Positions 55,417 through 64,000 of a stretch of DNA of 64,000 bases are shown piece by piece. Every line of letters begins with the position of its first letter. The stretch's first letter is position 1. This DNA is from a virus, in IMG/VR virus record IMGVR_UViG_3300021964_000013. The stretch is one strand, 5' to 3'. The translations under genes and the position numbers were made by a program. A model generated the notes under the pieces. The model was not told where the DNA came from and did not search any database. It was given only the letters and a program-made list of their open reading frames with translations.

Positions 55417-56184
55417 TTATTTCAACCTTTTTTCGATGTTTTGGTAAATTTCAATACCATCATCGGTTTTAAAGAAGGCTGCAAGTGCTGAATATGGGTT
55501 TTCATCAAACGGCACAGTCATTACTTTTCTACCGTTGCTCGCCCAATTAAATGTTCTTTGATCATCAGCAAGTTTAATGATACCAGCTTCGACAGCTTTG
55601 ATACCAAAGTTTCTGATGTGAACGTTCTCATCGTTAGCTAGCTCAACAAACAAACCTGGGTTTCTCTTAGCAAACACCATAAGGTCTCTTCTGATCTCCT
55701 TAGAAGTCATCTCTGTAACTCTAGAACCGTATTCTACCCTTAAGATAGCTTCAGCGTTGTCAACATCCATCGCTGCGGCTAGGTTTAATGCTTCTAATTC
55801 TGCTTCGATGCCACCTAATTCATCTACAGCTTCTTTAACAGCGTCAAACTCTGAAAACAAAACATCCTTCAAAGGGTGATACATTGAAAGTAGTTTTTGT
55901 AAAGCTTGCTGCTGCTTCGGTACAAACAATGTACCATCTCTAAAAATAATATGAGCCAGGGTCACTGGACCTTCTTGCTCATCTGCAAAACAAGAACGCA
56001 TGTTAGTTGCGTATCTTAGTTCTCTCTGGTATCCTAACTCTTCGTCAAACCAGAGTAGTGGTCTTTTTTCTGTGTGACGCGATGGAACCGTCATCACGAT
56101 TGGTCTCTTGTTACCAATTAGATAGTATACTCTATCTTTCATTTCCCAGCCTACAGCTGGTTTTTCTTTAGCTTTCGTTGCCAT
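55417..56184 (-). CDS. Conserved protein downstream of the capsid gene
   Basis: 'RELRYATN' and synteny. Confidence 0.6.
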   Translation of the reverse strand: MATKAKEKPAVGWEMKDRVYYLIGNKRPIVMTVPSRHTEKRPLLWFDEELGYQRELRYATNMRSCFADEQEGPVTLAHIIFRDGTLFVPKQQQALQKLLSMYHPLKDVLFSEFDAVKEAVDELGGIEAELEALNLAAAMDVDNAEAILRVEYGSRVTEMTSKEIRRDLMVFAKRNPGLFVELANDENVHIRNFGIKAVEAGIIKLADDQRTFNWASNGRKVMTVPFDENPYSALAAFFKTDDGIEIYQNIEKRLK

Positions 56185-56214
56185 AATATAATTGTATAAA
56201 AAAAAGAGTAAGAA

Positions 56215-56240
56215 TTACCCCCGCCCGAAGACGAGGGTAA
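56215..56240 (-). terminator. Terminator after the major capsid gene
   Basis: - strand TTACCCTCGTC-TTCG-GGCGGGGGTAA followed by a T-rich tract. Confidence 0.8.
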
Positions 56241-56259
56241 AATCTCACAAAAATTACTC

Positions 56260-57681
56260 TTAGACAGTAGTGTCTTTGAACAATAAGAAGTTGTTAGCTC
56301 CTTGAACACACAAACATCTTTCAGATAGCATGTGTACGTTCATTTCATCAATGTCGCTAGTGTAGTTACCACCAACAGAACCAGTGATCCAAGACTTCAT
56401 ACGACGATCGTCAGCTTCAGAAGCTCTGTAACGAACGTGTAGGAATGGACGTTGGATGTTTTTACCTAGTGTTTGGTCGTAAACAGTAGAAACACCTGCT
56501 GGTACAAGAACACCGTCGATATCGCCAGTCAAACCGCGAGTTGCAGCGTCGTTCAAGTATTTCCAGTCAGTTTTGTAGAAGTCGTAAGAACCTCTGCGGA
56601 ATCCAGAGAAACCTAAGTTCAACGCCATGTCTTCGCTGTTTTCAAATACTCCGTAAGAAGTACCGCCAGAACCGTAAGAGTTAGCGCGAGCAAGCATGTT
56701 GTCGATAGCCAAGCTAGTACCACGATCTAAGAAAAGCATGTTTTCTTCGATAGCACCTTGCTTGTCAAGCTCTTGAAGAACTAGATCAAACTCAGCAAGA
56801 CCAGTCAAACCAGTAGCGTTGTTGAAGTCGTGATCGTTAAACTGAAGACCTCTGCTTTCGATAGCAGCGAACAAACCTTCAGTACCACGTACAGTCTGAG
56901 AAGCAGCATCGGTGATACCAGAAGCAGCTGTTACTTTCTCAGCTTCAACCATAGTCATTTCCAAGTAGTCTTCGAAACGTAGGCGAGTTTCGTGCTCAGA
57001 CTTCAAGTACCATAAGTAACCAGAAGTACCCAACTCAGAAGTAACCTCAACCCAACCGATCTGAGCAGTGTCAGAACCGTTGATGTTGTATTTGTCTTTC
57101 ATGATGATTGGAGAGTTGCTGAACTTTTGGAAACCTGCATCGATAGATCCAGACATTCCAGCAGCACCTTTACCAAACTCAGAACCAAACACGAATACTT
57201 TCAAGTCAGGGTTAGTACCTGAAGCAACGAAAGCAGCTGGCCAAGTGTCGCTATCGTATGGGTAAGCCTCGATGCTGTTAGTTGTAACAGACTTAACGAA
57301 AGCACGAACGGTAGTAACACCTACAGCAACGATAACAGTTTGGTTAGCGCGGATAGCGTGACCAGTGATGTTGATAGTGTTGTCAGTAGCGTCGTTGGCA
57401 GTAGCAATAACAGCGTCGTCGTAAGCAACGTGCAAACGGCCTTGTTCTGTCCATACAACTTCGTCAGAAGCCATTGGCATTTCAGCACCAACCATTCTCA
57501 AGAATGATGATACAGAACGGTTACCGTAGCGCTCTACTTCTTTTTCGTAAACCTCAGGCAAGAATTGCTTGGTGAAGTTAAAATCGTTGTCTCCAATAGA
57601 CAAGTAGTTCTTATCGAACAATGTTTTAGTGGGTGACGGTGTCAACCCTGCAGGGTATGCCCCTTGTGATGCAAAACTCAT
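56260..57681 (-). CDS. Major capsid protein
   Basis: Follows the scaffold gene; strongly biased codons; 'GTEGLFAAIE' and 'LGFSGF.RG.Y.F'. Confidence 0.85.
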   Translation of the reverse strand: MSFASQGAYPAGLTPSPTKTLFDKNYLSIGDNDFNFTKQFLPEVYEKEVERYGNRSVSSFLRMVGAEMPMASDEVVWTEQGRLHVAYDDAVIATANDATDNTINITGHAIRANQTVIVAVGVTTVRAFVKSVTTNSIEAYPYDSDTWPAAFVASGTNPDLKVFVFGSEFGKGAAGMSGSIDAGFQKFSNSPIIMKDKYNINGSDTAQIGWVEVTSELGTSGYLWYLKSEHETRLRFEDYLEMTMVEAEKVTAASGITDAASQTVRGTEGLFAAIESRGLQFNDHDFNNATGLTGLAEFDLVLQELDKQGAIEENMLFLDRGTSLAIDNMLARANSYGSGGTSYGVFENSEDMALNLGFSGFRRGSYDFYKTDWKYLNDAATRGLTGDIDGVLVPAGVSTVYDQTLGKNIQRPFLHVRYRASEADDRRMKSWITGSVGGNYTSDIDEMNVHMLSERCLCVQGANNFLLFKDTTV

Positions 57682-57699
57682 TTCTAAATGTGTTTAAGT

Positions 57700-58899
57700 T
57701 TATTTTCTAATTTTCACACGCAGTCTACCAGAATCATCTCCACTAATCGCTCTAACCTTAAAGCCGCCAACTTGAGTGGATTGCTCATGAGTACCTCTTG
57801 GACTCATATCAACATTCTTAGAACGTTGTGCGCTTTCCTTCATCGCGTCAGCTTTACCTTGTTGGTAAAAGTGATTAGCCACAGCATCTGCGTTCATTGC
57901 TGTAAACAAGGCTTTGTGATACCCCTTAGCATCTCCTATAGTACTGTCTTCTCCTAAAAACTTTTTAGTGAAATTACCTAGGTCGCTTTGTTGATCCTTA
58001 ACCTTACTAGCGTCATTAACATTAAATCGGTACTTCTTATCTCCAACCTCATATTCAAAACCTTTGAAGTTCTGGTTGAAAACTTGAGCGGTTTTATCCC
58101 TAAACACCGATGTCTGCTTTTCAGCTAGCTTGAGTGACTCTTCATTTTCCTTATTATAGCGATCGAAAAATTCAACCGCTTTCTGCTGTTCTGGCGTAAG
58201 CTTAGAACCAGCTTTAATATCATCGTAATACTTACCCTTCATTTCGTTCAAGTGTGACTTTGCACGCTGAACCTCTTCTTTGTAGAGTAACTTCTTACGT
58301 TTAATATCTCTATCGTCGTCTAGTTCGTCGTCGTACGAGTAACTGTCTTCGATCAAGAAATTAATCTCATCATCATCAAGGTGCGGTTTAGTCACCTTGT
58401 AGTATTCTCTAACAAGTTGTTGCTCGTCTAACGAATCAACATCTTGGTTTAATCTAACGTAATCCTCGAGAGTTCCACCAGTTTCGTTCATGAACTCAAC
58501 TAGCTTCTCGATGTTTTCAGGTAAATCAACGCTTACCTTTTCTTCTTTTGTTTCAGTAGGCTCAGGCTCTACCTCAACATTTTCAGCCTCTGTTTCTGTA
58601 ACTTCCTCTTCGTCTGTTACTTCTTCGAGCACCCGTACTTCTTGAGCGGGCTCTCCGTCATCTTGTACGGACTCATCTTCGCTGGGCTGTTGTACATCTT
58701 CGCTGGGCTCTTCCCGTACTTCGCTGGGCTCTGACACTGGCAGTTCATCGTCGGACACCCGCATCCCGGTTTGCTCGGCATTTTCGCTTTGTACATCTTC
58801 TTCTTGTTTAAAGTTTCTTAAATCAACTTTGATTACACCATCATCTTCGGCTTGAGCCTGAACTTTTTGTTCTTGGCTCACCATGTTTTCTTCTTCCAT
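57700..58899 (-). CDS. Scaffolding protein
   Basis: Very acidic N-terminal half; lies between portal and capsid genes. Confidence 0.7.
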   Translation of the reverse strand: MEEENMVSQEQKVQAQAEDDGVIKVDLRNFKQEEDVQSENAEQTGMRVSDDELPVSEPSEVREEPSEDVQQPSEDESVQDDGEPAQEVRVLEEVTDEEEVTETEAENVEVEPEPTETKEEKVSVDLPENIEKLVEFMNETGGTLEDYVRLNQDVDSLDEQQLVREYYKVTKPHLDDDEINFLIEDSYSYDDELDDDRDIKRKKLLYKEEVQRAKSHLNEMKGKYYDDIKAGSKLTPEQQKAVEFFDRYNKENEESLKLAEKQTSVFRDKTAQVFNQNFKGFEYEVGDKKYRFNVNDASKVKDQQSDLGNFTKKFLGEDSTIGDAKGYHKALFTAMNADAVANHFYQQGKADAMKESAQRSKNVDMSPRGTHEQSTQVGGFKVRAISGDDSGRLRVKIRK

Positions 58900-58935
58900 G
58901 TCTAAATAAAATATTAAAAGATACTATTAGTTATA

Positions 58936-61359
58936 TTACCTAGGTTCAAAATAACCTAATCCCATACTTCCGGTAAGCGTATCATTACCAGAGGATTCAA
59001 AATCTTTTGGTGGTTTATTGCTTTTTCTTTGATCAATTAGTTCACTTTGTTGGGTAGCTTGAATTTTTGTTCTTTTATCCTTCCTATCCTCCTTGTACTT
59101 TTCGTTTTCTTTTTTAGAACCAACGTCAATGTTTCTAAGTTGCATGTTATACTCAAACTCCTTAGCCATAAGCTCTTTCTTAATATTAGCCTCTGTTTGC
59201 AGTTTCTGCATATCAAGCTGGGACTGTAGTTGAGCAAGTTGAGCTTTTCCTTGAGAAATAACTTGTTGTTTCTGTGCTTCTGCTTGAGCCACAGCCTGTT
59301 GCGTTTGAGCGTTTGCCTGTGCTTGCGCTTGCATATTCTGCTGCGCGATCTGTTGATCTCTCTCCTGCTTTTTCTTTCTACGTAGCTTAAGCAATTGGTT
59401 TGCTAACTTAACGTTTTTAATTTCCCTAACATCGATAGCATCTTCCAAGTCAACAGACTGCTGCGCTAAAGCTTGCTGGATGTTGTTTTCAAGCATTTGC
59501 TTTTCTTCTTCATCTGGCGCAAGCTCAATAAAGATACCAAAATCGTGAAGGTGTAAATCGCTTAACTCACCTAGAATTTCTGTTTTATGTGCACCTATTT
59601 TATTTATAAGAGCGTCTTTCATTGGCGAGAACTCAATAACATCAGATATCATCAATGAAATACCTTCAGCGAGCTCAGCTGTCAAGAACAAGCTAGACTG
59701 TAAGATGTGTCTTGTCGCTGTATTAGAGTTAGCAGCGGCTAGCTTTTGCACACCAACCAAAGCGTGTTTATCAGGCATAGAACCGTCACGTGCCTCGTTA
59801 AGACCCGTAACATCACGGATCATCTGCAAGTAATAGTTGTATGTATTGATAAGTGCTTGTATTTTCTGGCCACCAGCAGCCGATGTCATCTCTTGAATAG
59901 GTACTTTACCTGGATTCATATCACCATCCGACGTGAATGACCTACCTATGATACTACCCGTTTGGAAGAACATATTAAGTGCTTCTTGTGGGTTGTAGTT
60001 TGTACCATTACCTAAATCAATTTCAGCCAAGCCATCAGCATCGATGTAAATACCATCCGGTACCATACGGGTCAACACTTGTTGTAGTTTCAAATGTGTT
60101 AGCTGAATCATATCAGCAAAACCAGTGATTCTTGATACTAGTGATTCAATGCGACCTTGGTACATTCTCGGTGCAACGAGGCTGTAGTTCATTTTAACCT
60201 TAGTGTCATCACTCTTAGGCCTCATCATGTTCTTAGCCATATCCCACTTAAGTAAGATATCAGTACCTAAAATCAAAGCACCTTCGTATAAAACCTCTAA
60301 AGACCTAGATACCTTGCTAAACTGACCTGCTAATTCAGCTGGTGGATCAAACTGATCGTCTTTTAGAATAACCTTGCTGGCGCCTGTAGCTGTTTCTTTA
60401 ACCTTGTAAACCTCATTCATGTAGGTTTTGTAGTTAAAGTAAAGTATTTGCACGGTGTTAGCGTCTATAGTGTGGTTGTTTCTAGGTGAGTTACTGTAGT
60501 GACCTCTATCGTAGATGCTTTTCTTTAGAATGTTATCTAACTGGTCATCAGTAAGATCTGGAAACTGCTTTTTAAGCTCGTTTACAGGTACGTTTTTAAC
60601 TTCACCTACGTAGTATATATCATCAAAGTATGGAGACTCAGAAAAAGAGTATACCATAGCAGATGGATCAACATACTCAACTTTAATACCCTCTGACTTG
60701 TTAAACGTGTTTTTGACACAAGCCATACCAAGAACAGTGAGATCATAGTTAAGCCTTTTTCTTATGTTTTCATACTTGTTATCTTCAAGTATAGTTCTAA
60801 TAGCTTGCTCTTCAGCGATCTCAACACCTTGCTTGTAGCTTAACTGCATGTGCAGCTCAAGCTCTTCCGTGCTGTCAGGTAAAGTTTGCTTTGGATTTTC
60901 GTACAAGCTAACACCAAAAGCCTGCTCAGCAAAATCTGATAGCTCTTTAGTTTGCATGTCTTTTAAAATAGACTCCATGTATTGTGTACGTTTTGATACA
61001 CCGTATGGATCCTGTGCAAATGCTTTTACATCATACGTTCTCTCTGAAATACCGTTTACAACGATATCAACAAATTTAGGTATGATAGGTACTGGTTTCC
61101 AGTCAAGGTTCAAGTATGATAGGTCACCATTGATGGATAATTCGTCTTTGTATTTTTGAATAGACTGCTCTCCACGAGCATACTGTCTTCTGTTGTGAAA
61201 CGTCTCCTGGTTACTGTGAAAACGGTATACACCACCATCTCTCTTAAACCATTCGTCTTCGATTGCCTTAGCAACTTTAAGCCCATATTCTGAACTTACT
61301 TTTTCTAAATCACTAGCAACTTGGCTAGGAAAATAACTCTTTACAACTGACTCAGCCAT
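58936..61359 (-). CDS. Portal protein
   Basis: 'PIIPKFVDIVVNG', 'IRDVTGLNEARDG', Gln-rich C-terminal barrel; follows terL. Confidence 0.85.
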   Translation of the reverse strand: MAESVVKSYFPSQVASDLEKVSSEYGLKVAKAIEDEWFKRDGGVYRFHSNQETFHNRRQYARGEQSIQKYKDELSINGDLSYLNLDWKPVPIIPKFVDIVVNGISERTYDVKAFAQDPYGVSKRTQYMESILKDMQTKELSDFAEQAFGVSLYENPKQTLPDSTEELELHMQLSYKQGVEIAEEQAIRTILEDNKYENIRKRLNYDLTVLGMACVKNTFNKSEGIKVEYVDPSAMVYSFSESPYFDDIYYVGEVKNVPVNELKKQFPDLTDDQLDNILKKSIYDRGHYSNSPRNNHTIDANTVQILYFNYKTYMNEVYKVKETATGASKVILKDDQFDPPAELAGQFSKVSRSLEVLYEGALILGTDILLKWDMAKNMMRPKSDDTKVKMNYSLVAPRMYQGRIESLVSRITGFADMIQLTHLKLQQVLTRMVPDGIYIDADGLAEIDLGNGTNYNPQEALNMFFQTGSIIGRSFTSDGDMNPGKVPIQEMTSAAGGQKIQALINTYNYYLQMIRDVTGLNEARDGSMPDKHALVGVQKLAAANSNTATRHILQSSLFLTAELAEGISLMISDVIEFSPMKDALINKIGAHKTEILGELSDLHLHDFGIFIELAPDEEEKQMLENNIQQALAQQSVDLEDAIDVREIKNVKLANQLLKLRRKKKQERDQQIAQQNMQAQAQANAQTQQAVAQAEAQKQQVISQGKAQLAQLQSQLDMQKLQTEANIKKELMAKEFEYNMQLRNIDVGSKKENEKYKEDRKDKRTKIQATQQSELIDQRKSNKPPKDFESSGNDTLTGSMGLGYFEPR

Positions 61360-63571
61360 AATCTTCTATTATCTGCGATCTTGAACCGCTATTTTTATAT
61401 CGTGCAATACCTAAATTTATTGTCCTTGTGCCTCTGTCAGCTATTGGTTTGTACAAATGTCTGTTGCAAGCCATAATTGCTAAACCTGAGCTAATAGAAG
61501 CATCGTATTTTGTACGCTTACTTATATCGAATCTACTCCAATCGTTAAGCGTCCTATTTAGATACATAGTACCATAGGTACCATCTTCTAAATAACCAAC
61601 ATGTTTCTCTATATACGTCTCGATAGCAGCAGCGTGTGCTTGCTTTATATCTTCGCTAGTGTTAGGAATACCACCAATCTCTTTTTCAGTAACTGATAGC
61701 TTGTTCCAAACTTTATCTGGCCTGTTCATTGAGAAACCTCTGTAACCTCTTTGTTTTAAAAAGTATAGAAACCTAGGTTTGTTATTCTCTGCTAAAACAG
61801 GCATACCGTAAAACACTAGTGCTTTTAATATATCTTCAAAGAAGATCTCAGCTGTTTTCGGCCTAGCAACGTATTCAAGAAAAAAGTGGTTCGGAGGTGC
61901 ATTTTCCATGGAAAACTTAGTTAAACCGTGTAGCGCACCATTTGAACCCTTACCATCAACTGTTCCACTGATATCGTAAGAGTCACATCCGAAAGCGCCA
62001 AGGTGTTCGTTTCCAGGATATTTTACCCCATTTTTTATAATCACTCGATTTTGCAGTTGTTTATCTGGAACCCAAGAAATTATAAACCTACCTTTAGGAT
62101 CTGGGCTAAAAAACACCTTAGTATCTTTAACACCGTTCTCCCAATGAAAAGAACCTCTAGTTATCAAACCGTCTCTTACAGAGCCCTCGTTGAAATCTAT
62201 TTGCTCATATATCTTAGCTAGATTAAATATACTGTTTTTGGTTTCATCCCTAAACGCATGTTCTTCTGTACGAGGAAACTGTCTATAGAATTCATTTAAA
62301 GCATCTTGGTCTTTTTTTAAACCTTCTGCTTCGTTTTCCCAGTTTTCAATAACACCGATGTCAATGTATTCTCCGAACGGTCCTTCAACCGATTCTTCAG
62401 GGGTGTCAAATACGGGATTACCATACTTGTCAATAAAGCCCTCGTAGTTCCATTCCATCGGTATAAACAAGCTGTACAAGCCAGATCTTGTTTGTCCATT
62501 TTTATTTCGTTCGGTGACGTCAGAGTCGTTGTACAACTTCTTGAAGTTATCACCTCCTTTATCTAGCGAGTTAGATGTTGACCCCATCATACACTTACCT
62601 ATAATCCTAGATCCAAGTCTAAGACAGGTCTTTGTAACACGCCAGTTATTAAGTATATTGTCAGGTCTTTCCCACTTACCACTTTCATCGTGAACGAGTA
62701 GTCTTAACTTTTCACCATCGTAAGAGTTATCACCTGTGTTTTTCCAGTCAATAGTAGTATCAAGACCTTCCAGTATTTCTTCGTCACTTTTCTTAATGTT
62801 CTTTCTAGTGAGTTTCGATGCTGGTACTCTATACGCAAGTTCAGACTTTGGTCTGTCCATACCATCTTGTATAGGCTTAAAAAAGAAAGGGTAGTTTACG
62901 GATATAGGTACAACCTTATCAGTAAACATCTTCTTTGCATCAGCACCAGATTTTGATAGTATACCAAATCTAGCGTCAGATGTTATAGTTGCTTGATTTA
63001 CGGTTTCAGAGCTGGACATGAAGCTAAAACCGCTACGTCTGTTTTTTAGATAGCACATGCCGTATGATCTGTGATCAGCTTTGCACGCCTCCCAAAATAT
63101 AAAGAACAATCTGTTAGCTTCCCTAAAATCAGGCTTACCAACATCAATCTTTGTCCATTGTAGGTACATATAGTGTGTACCGGTTATATAAGTTGGCTTA
63201 CCGTTGTTGTAAAACCAAAAGCCATTATCTCTTCTATTAAACTCTTCGTCTATATAGTCTTCCCAGACCTCCTTAAAATCATCCGGGTAATCTTTCCAAT
63301 CAAATACACTCTTTATGTTTTTAAGCTCCTTAGGATAGTCTAATGACATCCATCTGTCCTCTTTAAACTTATGTGTGTTTGATTCTTTTGGTAAAGCTAT
63401 ACGTAGGTTTTGTATTTCGTATATCTCACCGATTTGACCAGTCTTACTGATAACAATAAAGTCAAACTCCTTATTGTAGCCGTACTTCCATTTTTTAGCG
63501 CGATTATATCTCTTAACCGTGCTTTCTTTTATAGGCTGTACAACCTTGTATAGAGTTTGTTCATACATCAT
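61352..63571 (-). CDS. terL: Terminase large subunit
   Basis: Walker A KNRRSGFS, Walker B LLVHDE, GSTSN coupling motif and nuclease GCDSYD. Confidence 0.9.
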   Translation of the reverse strand: MMYEQTLYKVVQPIKESTVKRYNRAKKWKYGYNKEFDFIVISKTGQIGEIYEIQNLRIALPKESNTHKFKEDRWMSLDYPKELKNIKSVFDWKDYPDDFKEVWEDYIDEEFNRRDNGFWFYNNGKPTYITGTHYMYLQWTKIDVGKPDFREANRLFFIFWEACKADHRSYGMCYLKNRRSGFSFMSSSETVNQATITSDARFGILSKSGADAKKMFTDKVVPISVNYPFFFKPIQDGMDRPKSELAYRVPASKLTRKNIKKSDEEILEGLDTTIDWKNTGDNSYDGEKLRLLVHDESGKWERPDNILNNWRVTKTCLRLGSRIIGKCMMGSTSNSLDKGGDNFKKLYNDSDVTERNKNGQTRSGLYSLFIPMEWNYEGFIDKYGNPVFDTPEESVEGPFGEYIDIGVIENWENEAEGLKKDQDALNEFYRQFPRTEEHAFRDETKNSIFNLAKIYEQIDFNEGSVRDGLITRGSFHWENGVKDTKVFFSPDPKGRFIISWVPDKQLQNRVIIKNGVKYPGNEHLGAFGCDSYDISGTVDGKGSNGALHGLTKFSMENAPPNHFFLEYVARPKTAEIFFEDILKALVFYGMPVLAENNKPRFLYFLKQRGYRGFSMNRPDKVWNKLSVTEKEIGGIPNTSEDIKQAHAAAIETYIEKHVGYLEDGTYGTMYLNRTLNDWSRFDISKRTKYDASISSGLAIMACNRHLYKPIADRGTRTINLGIARYKNSGSRSQIIEDYG

Positions 63572-63846
63572 CTAGACCTTTTTTCAGCAAAGCCAGAAAA
63601 AGATTTCTTTTGTTCTTTTTCTATAGGCTTATTCTCTAGCATAGCCTCTTCTTCAGTAATCTTGTTTAAGATCTCTAAAGCGTCTAGAATAGCTAGTTTT
63701 TTTGTGGCTGCAGCATTTTTCAACCTGTCCGCGGAAACATCATCTTCTGTCTTAGTAATAATAGGCTCTTCAGCAACTTTAATAAGTTCTTCAATAGCTT
63801 TACGACCAGCTCGGATTATATTCCTTTTTGTCTCCTTTATGTCCAT
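63568..63846 (-). CDS. Terminase small subunit (putative)
   Basis: Small helical protein directly upstream of terL. Confidence 0.5.
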   Translation of the reverse strand: MDIKETKRNIIRAGRKAIEELIKVAEEPIITKTEDDVSADRLKNAAATKKLAILDALEILNKITEEEAMLENKPIEKEQKKSFSGFAEKRSR

Positions 63847-64000
63847 AGTTTATGGTTATAGCTGCGGAGAGAACACGGTATAAACGTTCACCGTCTATAA
63901 CAAACTCATATTCACTCCGGGGTGTGAACCCTACAATGTCGCCCTGCTGCAGACCTTGCGCTTGTAGATCATCACCCAACATTTTCAATACACCTATATT
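63800..64000 (-). CDS. GroES-like protein, 5'-truncated by the window edge
   Basis: 'GLQQGDIVGF....EYEFVIDGERLYRV' resembles the GroES C-terminal half. Confidence 0.5.
   Translation of the reverse strand, partial: NIGVLKMLGDDLQAQGLQQGDIVGFTPRSEYEFVIDGERLYRVLSAAITINYGHKGDKKEYNPSWS

Noticed and set aside
58677-58732. Three copies of CTTCGCTGGGCT
   Set aside because: An in-frame low-complexity (E/Q)PSE repeat in the disordered scaffold N-terminus.
49500-58945. GTAATA-like late promoter motif upstream of - strand genes (near 49505 and 58935)
   Set aside because: Only two or three loose AT-rich matches, which is too few to support without motif statistics.
41305-63883. Many short + strand ORFs opposite the structural genes, and - strand ORFs inside the left-arm genes
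   Set aside because: Antisense shadows of long genes with no motifs or initiation context.
1-64000. Stop-codon reassignment
   Set aside because: Genes are full length in the standard code, and TAA, TAG and TGA all occur as real stops.

Overview
The window is entirely bacteriophage DNA with a likely Bacteroidota/Flavobacteria host, judged from TTTG-N18/19-TAnnTTTG promoters, a Bacteroidota-type RpoD and Hc1/DUF2452-like genes. It has three parts. (1) 1-24.8 kb is a + strand accessory region of a large, jumbo-style phage. It carries metabolic genes (iscA, nagB, PIG-L deacetylase, rmlC, mgsA, metK), three recurring promoter classes, proteins with a shared putative head-targeting motif, and an unusual ATP-grasp/Hint/Cys-rich-peptide fusion. 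(2) 24.85-26.94 kb is an array of about 10 small genes, each joined to the next by a conserved ~22-27 nt repeat (AACCTTTAACACCAAAGAGAGATGAAA) that supplies both the stop and the next start codon, with palindromic non-coding inserts. (3) 27.2-64 kb is a podovirus-type genome. Its + strand carries two sigma factors, tRNA-Arg, ERF, an exonuclease, SSB, primase-helicase, ThyA, MazG and an endonuclease. Its - strand carries terminase, portal, scaffold, capsid, tail and ejection proteins, and ends in a translationally coupled operon: holin-like gene, histidine kinase, receiver, exported Cys/His micropeptide, membrane protein. Parts 1 and 3 look like different phages joined through the repeat array, either by real recombination or as an assembly chimera. 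The strongest candidates for new biology are the phage two-component/peptide module, the repeat-joined cassette array and the self-cleaving ATP-grasp-Hint-peptide protein. All functional calls are by-eye motif recognition; no searches were run.
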